A DNA stretch of 64,000 nt from Lingula anatina (Eukaryota > Animalia > Brachiopoda): the NCBI GenBank assembly GCA_051362555.1, contig CM120640.1:21514001-21578000 (forward strand), read 5' to 3'. Each line of letters opens with the position of its first letter. Position 1 is the stretch's first letter. The position numbers and the translations under genes were made by a program. Below, piece after piece: positions 14,036 to 39,670 of the stretch. Below the pieces are notes generated by a model. That model was not told the DNA's origin, searched no databases, and worked only from the letters and a program-made list of their open reading frames with translations.

Positions 14036-15433
14036 ACCAGGGGTCGAGTTACGAAAGTCGTCCCAGTGAGGCGACCCGTCGCTAGAGGTCGGACAACCTT
14101 TTGGTTTTAGTATGTACTGTATTTATCAACTATGCTAAATAATGATGAATTATTTATTCCAAAATTTCGTGCACGAGTTGCTTTGTGGTGTTGTTACTAC
14201 TTTTGAAGGGATGCTAGTATGAATTCTTAGAAATAAACCTCTAGCTGTTTTGTTTAACGCTCCAATGGTCCGATTGTATAATCGCTGGAAATGTATGTTT
14301 GAAAAAAAAAGGACAAGTATTCGCGTGCCCATAGAAAGGCCGTTATCAGGACAATGCCCCCCCCCCGGATAATCCCCCCCCCCCTCGGGACAATTGCCAC
14401 CTGTAATGAATGAAAATAGATGCGGTAATGAACAATGTGATATGGAAAAATATAAATACCTGCCATTAATCATATTGTATCTCTAGGTATTTGGGTAAAC
14501 AATCTCCATGTATCCCTTTGATGAACTGACACTCTGAATTGTTTACCCCCCCCTCCCCGTCCCCTTGGTCACGTTGCCTGCCTTTTATCAAGGTGTGTCA
14601 CCAGGTAAAGGTGGGGAAAATCTCACTCATCAAGGAAAATCCCTTTGATGAACTTGCTGTCTGTTTAAATTGTTTCTCCACAACCCCATAGCATACATAT
14701 TTTCTTTTCCTTTTTTATTTTTATTCTGAAAACTCACTAAAATCAAATGAAATGCAGATAAAATAGCATTTGTTTGCTTATAGAAAAATGGTAAAATGAC
14801 AGTGTTTGTTTGATTAAAAATGACATATAATTTCATAATGGCAAATTTCATATTTCATTTTTGTCTCCTTTATTATCTTAGTAAAATATTCAAGAGATGT
14901 ATAAATGCTTTAGTTTAAATATATAATTCAAAAGCAGAGTATTTTCTTTCCTGGGAAGGGAGGTTGTATTTGGGGGGGGGGGGGGGGGGTTGTCCTAGGA
15001 CCCCAAGATTCAGTGGTTATAACCGCGTAGAAATCTTGAGTCTATTTTCGAGTTGATAATAGAACGTTTGACCTGTAGGTTCTTAACAAATTGGGCTAAT
15101 CGAAATGGCGTCGAAAAGTAGAGTGATAAGTTAAATTTATCTATCAATCAAAAAATATTAAATAAGAAATAAAAAGGCTTTCCAACTGGTAGCCAACTGT
15201 TAATTGTATCTGTTTGGGAGAAACATCTACAGTCTACATCATACAATGAACAAATATCAACCACATCTAGGGCAGAGTAGTACGGTATAAGTCTAACACC
15301 TTAAAATAGTTGAGAAGCTTTTATTATCCTTTTTGTTCTAAATGTATACAATAATTGAGAGGCTGTCATGCTCAACAACTTGATGCAATATTAGTAGTCC
15401 AATGTATTCCGTGGAAGGTACTCGCGTACACAT

Positions 15434-18116
15434 TTAGTAGCAGGTCTTTTCACAAATATAGAACTTCTTCAACGAGCAATCGTCGTCGTTCCAACCATAC
15501 CGGACTGTGTTAATGGTAGGGTGCATCCCACGCTTTAATGCCAGGCAGTGCTCATTTCTGTGGACGTTGTTAGGTTGACCCCACAGCCAATCGAAAGTGG
15601 TGATCGTTGTGCCTCCAAGATTTCCTTAAAAACAAACATGCATGTTTTAGGTTTAGGCAAGGAGTTATAACTCCTTGGTTTAGGTAATCGTAGAGGTTTA
15701 AACAGGGATAAATATCTATTTACGTTATTTAAATTGACAACAAGACTATTACAAATGAAATATTTTTTCATTTTATTTGTTTGATGGTGAAATTCAAATG
15801 TCAAGGTTTTCACAGAAATAAATAACCATTAACGATATTCATGCCGAGAAACAACTGTAACTGCAAGGTCTATATCATTTGCACATCTGATGCAATATTT
15901 AATAAGTGTAACAAGTCGTTAAATGATTATTCTGGTCAACACTCCAGCCTCGACCAGTCTATTCTACTCTCTACCAGGTTCACAAATTGATTTTTCACAA
16001 GATATTCACAAATATGTCTTAAGGTAAATAGACGGTCATTTTACTATCTCTGGCTTTTGGTTATTATCCCTATAATATCTGCCGCCCTGGTAGAAGGTAA
16101 GTCTACTCAGAAAGACTGGTATAAGTACGTTTATTTGCAAACTATTTTTGGTGGATATTATACCGTGGATGAGGTTCACGAGACGTGAATATTAAACTTT
16201 TACAAGTTGTAAGAAAAAAGGCATCAATATTGGTGAGTAAAAGATTGGGAATTGCCATTTGATTATATACTGTATAATTTTTAGAGAGATATTGTAGAAG
16301 AAAAATGTATGTGTTATGTGTATATTTATTCTTATCACTTGCAGACAGCGATGTTTGCCGCTCCGTTATTATTTTACCACCTATATTAATCTGCTCACGG
16401 TAGCCTTATGTAGGCCTACACATATGAATATATTAAGCACATGTTGACACGATTATAAGAATCTTATTATTGTCTTTTAGTCACATAGAATTCCAAAAAG
16501 ACATCCTATTAAGTGTTGTAACTATTGTTTTATTGATACTGTGGTTACAACATATAAAATGTATAGTGAAGACTATTGAGAATTTGATACCGTTGTAATG
16601 TGCAGATGATTTAAGTACAGTGCTGACTTAAAAGATTTCAATATTTTCTTCTTAATTTTTCCATATTCCTGTAAATTCCTGGTGGCAATAAAACAGAACC
16701 TGTAAATAACTTGTGCCTTTGTTTCTACGTTATTATAGGCCTAACCCCTGCGCGTTTTAGTTACGATTGGAATTTAAATCTCAACACCAACTCACGTACA
16801 CTCTGACCACAGGACCCGCTAGTAGTCTGTTACAATATTATTGCATCGGCCTGTACTTAAATTCTGTATACTTTTTTAGAGACCCCTGATATCAGAGAGC
16901 ACAACTCACCTTTGTGAGCCCACTTCCAGAGGTAATCTCTAGCGATGTCATTACCAGCGATCCAAAAGTCCGGGTAATCTTTTACCCGATGAGTATCCGT
17001 GAAGAAGCCTTAAAATAAAATTGATGTATCTTTAAGTCCAGTCAATACCATGCATGAAAATTGCAATTGAATTGGTCATAAACTTACTTTTTATCATTTG
17101 TAATTCATACTGAATTAATTTGATTTTCAATTCATTTGAATTTCCTTTAGCCAACCCGGATATAGACCTATTTTAATATTTAAAAACATCAGTACACAAT
17201 GATTTTTAGAACATCTTACTTTGGCGTTGGGTAACATAATTCTCGACCCAGTTCTCTTCAGAGGTGTCTTCAATCACAGCTAGTTTCGCTCCGATGGCTC
17301 TACAGTATTCCTGAAACGGTCATTAACACATTCAGGTGATTCGTTCAGAGGTAGGCTATAACCCACGAAAAGGTCTTTGTTCAGCTAAAGAGTTCATCCC
17401 AACTATCAGCCATCAGTCCACGTGGATCGATCCAACTCCCCGGGGACACTTGCTGAATGCAGCCTCCTGGCGTTAAGTATAGAATGCACGAAAACTGGTA
17501 ATCATACGAGTATGTTGGAAACAAGAGAAGGCGAGTTTATCTCTTAAACTAACTGCATTCATCGAGAGTCTTCGCGGAGTTGGATCAATCACGTGTCAAT
17601 GGAAATGAGCCCAGTGACTATTTAAGAAAACATTTGTGAGATTGAGGCAAATCAATAAGGTCGATAGCCACCACTCATTACTTTCAAACTCGTACTCCAT
17701 AAAGAGAACTTTTCCATACCAATTTTTGTTCGCGTGGTATAAGACGAATGATTGAATGTCCTGGTGATATTAGAGCGGGGTTGTGATGAAATTAAACAAA
17801 AAAATGTAAAGTCCCTCTAAGAAAGTAACGAGATAATAATGTTATTACCCTTGTGAAGGAGGTTATGTATTCACCTCCGTATGTCCGTTAAAAAATCATG
17901 AAGTGCCCTTTTTATCTGGAAAAGCATTGTATAATCTCCAATACATGTTTTGACTTGCTTTAGTGATCAGATGCAAACTTTTAAAAAGTACAATTACAAA
18001 AAGGTTAAAGGACATTCAAACTTCTTAACTCACATTCGCCTCTGCCCAGCTGGCCACATCTCGTACGAACTTGTAACAAGACCAAGAATTCCTTGAAACG
18101 AAACCAGGAGGGCATT
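15434..18116 (-). CDS. Exons 3-6 of the M4-CTLD gene: C-type lectin domain (QPN and WND motifs)
   Basis: Four small GT-AG exons missed by the ORF track. Joined in frame they give a long-form CTLD with the conserved Cys, a WIG-like FWIAG, QPN and WND. Confidence 0.88.
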
Positions 18117-20356
18117 CTGCAAAGCAAGCATATAGTTAACACTGCTGAACAGAGTTTTTTTTCGTAGCAAATGTATTCCTTGTTACAGTTTGAAAATTCT
18201 TTACCCGGAAAATTGTGCACAAAACTGTACTCACTGCAAAATACCCCGACCTGTGCGAAAGCATCAGCCACATCTTGGGTATTGTGGCCAAGGTCCCATG
18301 CCGCTTGAATCACCCCACATGAGCCAGAGTTAAAGTTGCTGTTACTGACCCAGTATAGTCTGTTGGCTCTCGCAAACACTCCAAATGCAATCTTGGTGGT
18401 CCAGCCGGGTGTCGTAGCTAAGATGTAAAATGCCTTGTTATAAATGCCACTGGAGTAATGGACACCCTGACCTTGGTAATAGCGAGCACATTGGATAGAA
18501 GGAGGAGCAATAGGCGGGTGCATCATGTATCGTAACGCGTCTCCATTCTTCATGATGTCATGCCCGAGACGCCAGTCGTTATGCCCCCGGAGATAGTACT
18601 TAAACGCCTCGCCTGCTATATCTGAGAAGGCTTCGTTCATCCCACCGGACTGCCCAGCGTAAATAAGGCCTGAGGTTGCTTCCGTGTAGGCGTGGCCAAG
18701 CTCGTGGGACACCACATCGGCCACAGCCAAGGGATAAAATGTTGTAAACCCGTCGCCATATGTGGTACACATGCCATTCCAGAAAGCATTCTGGTAGTTG
18801 ACGCCGTAATGGGCTCGGATACGCATGGCACCGTAGTTGGTTGGCAGTGTAAAGTCACTGAACCAGTCGCGGTACATATCGTACACAGCTTTGGTGAAGT
18901 AGAAGGAGTCATGTAAAGGAGAGTAAGCACCATTGATGGCGTCCACGATGCCCGTCGCGCACAGAGCCGTTGCCACGGGACCAGAGGCGCAGCTGCAAGC
19001 CCAACTATTACCACAGTTGGTGACCCTTGCATCGGCATTGAAGTAGAAGCAAGTTGCACTGAACTGAAACACGTCCAGCGGTCTTCCTGCCCATCGCAGT
19101 TCTCCGTACTTCCACTGTCCAGTCTTGACATTTCCACCAGGTACACCTGTCATGGAGTAGAAACCAATGGATTCCCAGTGCTTCAAAATGGTTCCATCTA
19201 AAGCGTCGATGAAGTAAAAAGGGCGAGAGGGTTCCGTTGAATTTTCGACATTATAATTAAGATACCAGGCAAGTCTGACCTTGCCACCTTCATCCATGTA
19301 GATCTGCAGTGATGCATCACGCTTGGGTTCAAAGACGATGAGAGATGTATTCTGTTGTTTTTCATTGTTAATAGCAATTTTCAGTGCTTCTTCAACGGTT
19401 AACTCTGGTATAAAGGACTCAAGATCTTGTTCGATGCCTTCAGCGATGGTGCCATAAACAAACTGCCGGAAACCCCCAGTTGCCATAACTTTTTTACTTC
19501 TCTTGTCATAGTCCTTCACTTCAACTTTTTCCAATACCACGTTTTGTCCAAAAACTGGGATGTTTTTGAATGTTTCCACATACTTGATTTTCACTGCAAC
19601 TGGCCCTTTCTTTCTCCTATCGTCTGAATTCGGCACTTTCTCGCGATGTATCTCTAACAGAGCATAATCGTTGCTTGGCAGCCGTAATAGTTGTTCTGGC
19701 CACACGTCACAGGGAGGGTCGGGGCATGATTCGATAACCCTCTTCTGTAACTCTTCTCTATCCACTATTTCGATGGCGCTCACTGTCAAACCTAAAAGGA
19801 CTAAACGAGAATTGGAAATCATAAGTTAAATGAACGAACATCCAATAATTACGTAAATAGATATCTTAAGGTAAGCATCAATGGCTTATAAGCCTATTCA
19901 ACAGATATGTAAATTATTTAAAATTTAAAAAGTATGTTTTTCCGTTTTTTAAACATTGCATAAGTGATAGTGTGACGAAGTTATTGGCTTGTCTTCTTCA
20001 TGTTACGCGAGGTAGCAAATACAACTCAGATATTATCTTTCTTATTATTTATTGAACTACTGTCCAGTTATTACCCGCGCCGCTTCCTTCATTTCTATTC
20101 CTACCTCATGCAATCTCTAGCGGCCTTCTCTTCGTTTACACTAAGCGCAGTTGTATAAATACCATAAGAGCATGTCAATCAACTTAAGTTACTCTACTAA
20201 ACACTCCCCGCTCTTATTCACTGCATGCTGTCACTTACTAACGTTACAATAGATACAATACGAGTCCAGCTAGCCGTGGTTTAAATTCTTTTGTTGCCGT
20301 ATTCTGACCAAATCTAACTTACCAAACAGCACGGAAATCTCCAAACCTCTAAACAT
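15434..20356 (-). CDS. Secreted M4 (thermolysin/pseudolysin/vibriolysin family) zinc metalloprotease fused to a C-terminal C-type lectin domain; 6 coding exons, ~684 aa
   Basis: Exons 20356-20323, 19791-18235, 18116-18034, 17310-17220, 17008-16910, 15624-15434. All introns GT-AG, phases consistent (1,1,0,1,1), total 2055 nt ending TAA. Signal peptide MFRGLEISVLFGLTVSA. FTP/PepSY-like propeptide (YVETFKNIPVFG; RPFYFIDALDGTILKHW). Mature M4 domain (PGGNVKTG, NAFWNG, HELGH, GGMNEAFSD, GVHYSSGIYNKAFY). CTLD CPPGF..CYKF..SWAEANEYCRAIGAKLAVIED..FWIAGND..WKW..WLWGQPNN..EHC..WNDDDCSLKKFYICEK. AATAAA at 15325-15320. Confidence 0.92.
18235..19791 (-). CDS. Exon 2 of the M4-CTLD gene: whole propeptide plus M4 catalytic domain in one 1557-nt exon
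   Basis: Acceptor tccttttag|GT at 19791; donor TGCA|gtgagt at 18235. The sequence closely follows Pseudomonas LasB / Vibrio vibriolysin as I recall them (HExxH, SGLIYxGQSGGMNEAFSD, GW.T..AF.VF..ANR.YW, AF..VGV.C). Confidence 0.92.
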
Positions 20357-20542
20357 TGTGATAGAGCCGACTTCACACGCAAATGTCAATGGTCAAGACT
20401 CTCTTGAAAATTAAATGAAATAATTACATAAGTTTGTCATTGATGCATGTAACTTAAAGTCGTTACTAGAGGATAATGCATTGACTTCCGTTACTTGCTC
20501 ATGCTTAACACGTTATTGTTATAGTTTTTAGCGTTCACTTAC

Positions 20543-20622
20543 ATATAGTCTGTCGTAGTTTGGTGTCTTCACCTCCAACGATGATGGAGTAACTTAAAGG
20601 CGGACCGTTGCTCCTTTTTATA
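20543..20622 (-). promoter_or_regulatory. TATA box and probable non-coding first exon of the M4-CTLD gene
   Basis: Minus-strand TATAAAAA at 20622-20615. Donor AT|GTAAGTG at 20543/20542. Candidate acceptor ttttcaag near 20403, upstream of ATG 20356. Confidence 0.55.
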
Positions 20623-20758
20623 CTTGTCAATGAAGAAGTGTTATTATAATTGAAAAATTCCTTACGAAGAAAAGGTGTGACAAAATCTGATAATTATTGT
20701 CATATTTGATTGATATCTTTCCTTAAGAATGATACACAAGGAACTTATATTGACTAAC

Positions 20759-21558
20759 CAATGAATTTCTTGTGAAGAAAATAAGTTCCTTATCTATCGG
20801 GGTGTTTGACAATAGCGTTGCGGACCATGACAATAATCAAAGACCACAAAGAAGTCCCATAAAAGATCTTTTCAAGACGGATGCGAAACGTTTTATAATT
20901 TTTTTCATCGACGTTGCGTTATTTTGTTTACATGGCATATGTAAACGGCTGCCAAATTAATATTTTTTTCTTTTTAGAGGAACCTACATCTGAGTAAGCG
21001 CACAATAGAGAGCATATCTATATGCGAGTGCGCACAGAATGAACTCTGTATACTAGCGATTGGTTGATAAAGCTAAATATACATGTTGCGGGCTGCAGGT
21101 CATTGTGACATTTTATTGGATTAATATGTCATCTTTACAATTGTTTTATTTTCAATGAATTTCTTGTGAAGAAAATAATTTCCCTATCTATCCGGGTGTT
21201 TGACAATAGCGTTGCGGACCATGACAATAATCAAAGACCACAAAGAAGCCCCATATTAGATTTTTTCAAGACGGATGCGAAACGTTGTATAATTTTTTTT
21301 ATCGACGTTGCTTTATTTTGTTTACATGGCATAGGCCTATATAAACGGCTGCCAAATTAATATTTTTTTTTCTTTTTAGATGAACTTACATTTGAGTAAA
21401 CGCACAAACGAGAGCATGTCTATATACATGCGAGTGCGCACGGAATGAACTCTATCTGTATACTATCGATTGGTTGATAAAGCTAAATATACAAGTTGCG
21501 GGCTTTAGGTCATTGTGACATTTAGTTGGATTAGTAGGTCGTCATTACAATTGTTTTT
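20759..21558. repeat. Tandem duplication, 2 x ~395 bp
   Basis: Copies start caatgaatttcttgtgaagaaaataa at 20759 and 21153 and align throughout with scattered differences. This also explains the twin ORFs at 20772 and 21166. Confidence 0.92.
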
Positions 21559-23488
21559 AGTGTAACCATATGCACTTCTTATGTTGTTATTATCCTACAT
21601 TTTACTTATAAACTAATTGTTACTTTAGCAATACTTTATTTGCCTCCAACAAATCAACGTCAGGAATGCGTTATAGGCTGCAACTAAAATTAAAAAGTGT
21701 GTTTTTTTGTTTACATGCTTATGACCGCTTCAATTCGCAATTCTGTCATCAGAATACTAAAACAGTTATACACCCTCGATTGCCAGTTAGATAGGATCAG
21801 TTGAACATTAATTCAACAACAGTTTTGGTTCTCCAAACACCTCTGGTCTTTTTGCGCGGTTTCATACGCTGTTGTATTTTATCTTAAAGGATTATCTGGA
21901 TAAACAGCAGAAACAAGTGCAACAATAAACGTGAAAAACGTTTTTGCGGAAGACACTTACTGTGCCCACTGATGCTTATATTTCTCTGCAATGTTATCTT
22001 CATTTTTCATCTTAATCGAGTGGTGGAGAGGAAGTAAAAATTAAAAGCAAATTCTCTGCAAACCAATAAATGTCAAGAGCAAATGTCCACCAATTTTAAG
22101 TTTGCCTGTGTTCAAATATAGTGATACACGCAGTTTCTTTTGCTAATAAATTAGTTAAGTCGATAGACCCATCCAATAGATGGGACGTACGGTTTCCTAC
22201 CAAACAGAGATACTCTCCAATTTTAAGAGAGAATTCAAAAGACAGCTGGAAGATCGTGGCTGCCTCCCTATGTATAGTTTGTGTGAGGTAATAGAAAGAC
22301 TGAAAGTTCTTCGCGTGCTGCGTTTTCTGCGTGTACGATTGCGAAAAAAGCCCGGATACAATAATATTTCGTCACAGGATGGTCATGACCTAGGTTTAAT
22401 TCATAATTATGTAAGGCTAAATGTGCTTGCTGCTATCAACTCTTGTTCCACACTAGGAATGGATTTATTAATTTTTTATCTCTGAATATTCAGCTTTCCA
22501 ATTGTAGTAGTATTGCGACACTGGAAAAAAAACAAATGGAGGGAAGACAAAACTAAATGTCTTAAAACTTCACCAATGAACATGTGCGCCCTCTTTTTAT
22601 GTGCTTGACCCTTGTTAAGTGTGCCTTATTATCATACAGATAAATGGTTCATTTTTCCATTTCATTTACAGTATAAAACATAAATTCGAATGACGATAAA
22701 TAAGGAGTGCCTTTAGCTGTTGGTGAAAAAAATCAATAAGAATGTTCATGACAGTCAGTGTGCCTATAGTTAGAATGAACAAGGTCATAGGTGATTAAAA
22801 GGTTGTAGAGATCATTTTCCATATTATTATTATTATTATATTATAATATTTTTAAAAGGGGGAGTATAACAGTAGAATGGTGTCTTCAGTAAAAAAAGGT
22901 TTCATGAGAGCATAGAGCAGAATTTTGGGGAACAAATTCAAAACTTATGGCACGTGTGCAATCCCTTTATCTTCACGAGATGTTGCGTCCCCCGCCCAAT
23001 CATCACCTGTGTTTTCGTCAGCGTATCGGACGATGTTGCGATTGGGAAGGGCAGGCATGGCCCTGGCGAGATGCACATCAAAAATTACTACCCGATCTCC
23101 CAGATGTGTAACATTAAGGTTAGACAGTGCGTTCTTGCAACGGGTAAATGCATTGGGAAATAGTCATCGTATTGAGATGAGATTTTTTTTCAGGGCTGCT
23201 GCATCTCTACTTCTATGATTTAATCAAGATGTAGACTGTGCAGCTCAATAAAAGGCCGATTACATTCACAAATTTGGACGTTAATCGGTTTAAATCAGAA
23301 ATGGGCAAGTGATTTCCCTTAAAAAGTGAACATGAGTTTAGCTGCCACTAAAAAAAGAGAATATACAGGCCCCTTGAACGAGAATTTGTTGAATTAGGAT
23401 TATACCATGTTTTCGGTCCGCCTACAGGTCCAAGTTTTCGACATAACCGATTACTATTTTGAGGCATTGAGATATTGGAAGATATAAT

Positions 23489-36590
<13,102 letters not shown>

Positions 36591-37689
36591 GTAAGGAGTA
36601 AGGAAGCTTCTTCTATATGGAAGAGAAGAGGTTGCGGATATCTGGGTATTACAAAGACATATCAATAGGATCACACTGCCCCACAATCCACAGCTATATG
36701 TGCCATTAATTAAATCGAGCAGGACACATACCAGTTAGATGTTTCAGTGTTTTTGTCAATGCATATGCAACTTTTTTGAAGGGAAGAAAGAGTATTTCAG
36801 TGATGTATGATTTTTATTAGATGCTTGTATCAGATGTTTTTAAAAGTAATATAAATATTAAGGTGTGAGGTGCTGAAGACTTTTAGGAGTCAGCTACAAT
36901 GGTATGAACAGACTATTCTGGTAAAATGATGTGACAGAAGTGTGCACATTTTTACAATGTTACAAATTTAATTATGAATTAAATTCTCAGACACAATGGT
37001 GAATTCCGAAATTTTCATGTGATAATTTTTATGAAAGGAAAATATTACAAAAGAATATTTTTGTATTATGGTATTTGTATATCCTTGTTTGTTTAATGTT
37101 GATAACAAATTACATATATACTTAACAGTATGTGCAATAATGTTTTACATTTATTTATCAGTGTAAAAAAATTACAAAGTTAAAAATACTATATATAAAG
37201 GCAAAAATATTCTCTCTAATACTAGACACTTACATATATCTGCTGTTTTGCAGAGACTCTGACATTTCGTCCTTTATCACAAGGACACCTTCAGGGCACT
37301 GTTACTACAGGTGACACTGCTGGTGGTATTGCAGTATTAGAGTTAATATTTTTGTCTCCGAATATCACAATTGGATGAATCAGAATAAACATACCATATA
37401 ATTAAATTTTATAAACTTGTAGAAATATTGTTAAACATCGTATGAATAAATGGATAAAATGAGCTTTTAATGTCAACTTAAAACACTTATTACCACAACA
37501 ATTTTAACTTGAATCAGAATGTATATTAAGTCAAGTAAAGGCCACAGTTACATGTTCAAGTAGGGTAGAGTACATAGATTATGCTAATTGATACTGTTTG
37601 TATAAAAGATAAATGCTGCTCAACCATCTTTGCTGATGCTGTGTTTTATATCTGTAAATTGTCTGTTTATCAAAATCATCATTGTAAGC

Positions 37690-39670
37690 TACAGAAAAAA
37701 AATAGATACTGGTCAATATAAACTTAAAAACCTGACCAGCTTCCGGAAGACCCAGAAGATGGTCTCAATCCACCCCTTCAATAAGATAACAGTTTTAGGA
37801 CTATGAGAGTTCAAATTCACATGGTGAAAGTCCCAATATTTGATAAAATAATATTACATTATATTTAAAGACATAAAAACCAATACAAGTGCTTATGTGG
37901 AAATACAGAAAATGTGCAGAGCCTCAGGCGGATGGGAGTTAAAAGTCACAAATGCCAGTGTTTGAGAAAAAATTTAAAAGAAAAACATAAAACTAGAAAA
38001 GAACCCTGAGAACACAGACCTCTGCCAAGGCAGCAATTTTTGATTATTACTGATTGATTATTGATCCAGACCACCACCAAAAACTAATCATCTCCTCCTT
38101 GACCCACTTCTGACAGTTCCTGAAAATTTCATCAAAAATAGGTCCATAACTTTTTGAGTTATGTTGATGACAGACAAACAGGGGTGAAAACATAACCTCT
38201 TTGGCGGAGGTAAATATAATTCCAATGAAGCTGCCATTCAAACTTATAATTTGAACGAGAAAAATGAAAATTTCAGAACAAGAAAAATGAAAATTTCACA
38301 AAAAAATGGATAAATTTAATAAAAATGAAAATCCAATAGAGCTGGTTTTCTAAAATGAGCTGTATGTCAATCCTAAGAATCATTCTTGTAAGTTTTCTTT
38401 CCATAACGTTAATGGTGGCAGTGCACAAAGAAGGTTTTTTGTTAATTTTGATGCAACATTACGTAATGATTAACTGTATAAATACCACCAATCTTTAAAT
38501 ATCTACTATTAAAAAATGGACATTAAGAACATTTGATTACCACTGGGCTTCGTGCCCAAGGGATCTGTAAGTCCCACATTGAAAATTCCAATATGTGAAA
38601 GATGAAAATTTTCACAAAGAAAATGCATAACTATAAGAAAATTACCTTATGAGACAGATTTTCAAACTGAAGCTGTATTTCAGTCCTATGTTTCTTTCCT
38701 GTATGTGTGAGAAGAATAAGTGACATGGTTTTCCTTTCACGATCACTATGGAGGCAGTTCCCAAAATAGGGTTTTGTTCAATTTTGATGCAATATTACAC
38801 ATTGCTTAACAGCATAATTACCATCAATTTTTTGATAATAAAATAAAAGTATCATGGATATTCAGTAAATGTGACTAGCACATATAGTTCAGAGTCACAC
38901 CTTGAAAATCCCAAAATCTAAACAAGAGAAAACTGTATTGAAAAGAGTTTATTTCCATTTTCAATACTTTTTTAAACATAAAACAAAATAATCAACTTAC
39001 TGTCATTTTTAAATTATCAGTTTAAAAAATGTTGTCAAAGGAAAAATATCAATAGAACAATTTTAAATGTCCAACTTGCTCCATTCTGAGATTCTTAACC
39101 TAGTAAAAGATGGAATCTGACGAACTGCAATGGTACGAGTTCCTTTCCATTTTTGATACTTTATTACACAATATACGATCACAGGTTTACCGTCATTTTT
39201 ATATGATCAACTAACAATATTGTTAAGAAGCAGAAAATGTGAAAACAACACTTTAACATATCTAATCAGTTCTATAATGAGACTGTTAACATGCCTAAGA
39301 ATTAAATCTGAAGAAAACCCACATAATACTAAAAAAGCATAACTTCATCAAAACTTAACTGATCAAGTTTATTTTCAAACTTGATCTCTATATACTAGTC
39401 AGACTGATCACTCCTGTGAGTTGCAAGAAAAAAGGCTGATCGGTTTTCCTTTAAATGCCTTATCATTGTTGCATATATGCTGAAAAAAAGTGAAAAACAA
39501 AACAGCATAATTTTTATAAAAAGGTCCGATCAAGCTGGTTTTCAAACTTGACCTGCGTATTATGAATATTCATCAGTTCTGTAAGTTTCAAGCCAACAGG
39601 TAAAATGGTTTTCCACTTATCATGTTACATGTATCAGTGTTGCATATATGCTGAAAAAAGTGAAAGAATC
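37690..39670 (-). mobile_element. Truncated reverse-oriented HINE-like composite element
   Basis: 39270-39670 and 38750-39270 are reverse complements of modules at 59090-60380. 37690-38640 matches modules at 42020-42370 and 44080-44340. Confidence 0.65.
37990..38216 (-). mobile_element. Short non-autonomous Helentron-type element (HINE/DINE-like), second family
   Basis: Minus strand starts TTTACCTCCGCCAAAGAGGTTATGTTTTCACCCCTGTTTGTCTGTC (subterminal hairpin plus GTYT microsatellite) and ends CCTTGGCAGAGGTCTGTGTTCTCAGGGTTCTTTTCTAGTT (subTIR plus stem-loop). A related 5' fragment lies at ~17843-17890. Confidence 0.7.

Noticed and set aside
17330-17470. Possible extra exon in intron 3 of the M4-CTLD gene
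   Set aside because: The lectin domain is complete without it and the frame I examined contains stops. It looks more like a SINE remnant (ccccggggagttg).
18005-19822. The 605-aa ORF as a complete gene or as bacterial contamination
   Set aside because: Its N-terminus (MISNSRLVLL) and its tail after VGVFC are read-through into intron or out-of-frame sequence. Canonical splice sites join it to a signal-peptide exon and lectin exons, and the flanks are animal genes and animal TEs.
20772-21360. Twin 62- and 64-aa ORFs as paralogous small genes
   Set aside because: Both have GTG starts and no recognisable motif. They simply reflect the tandem duplication.
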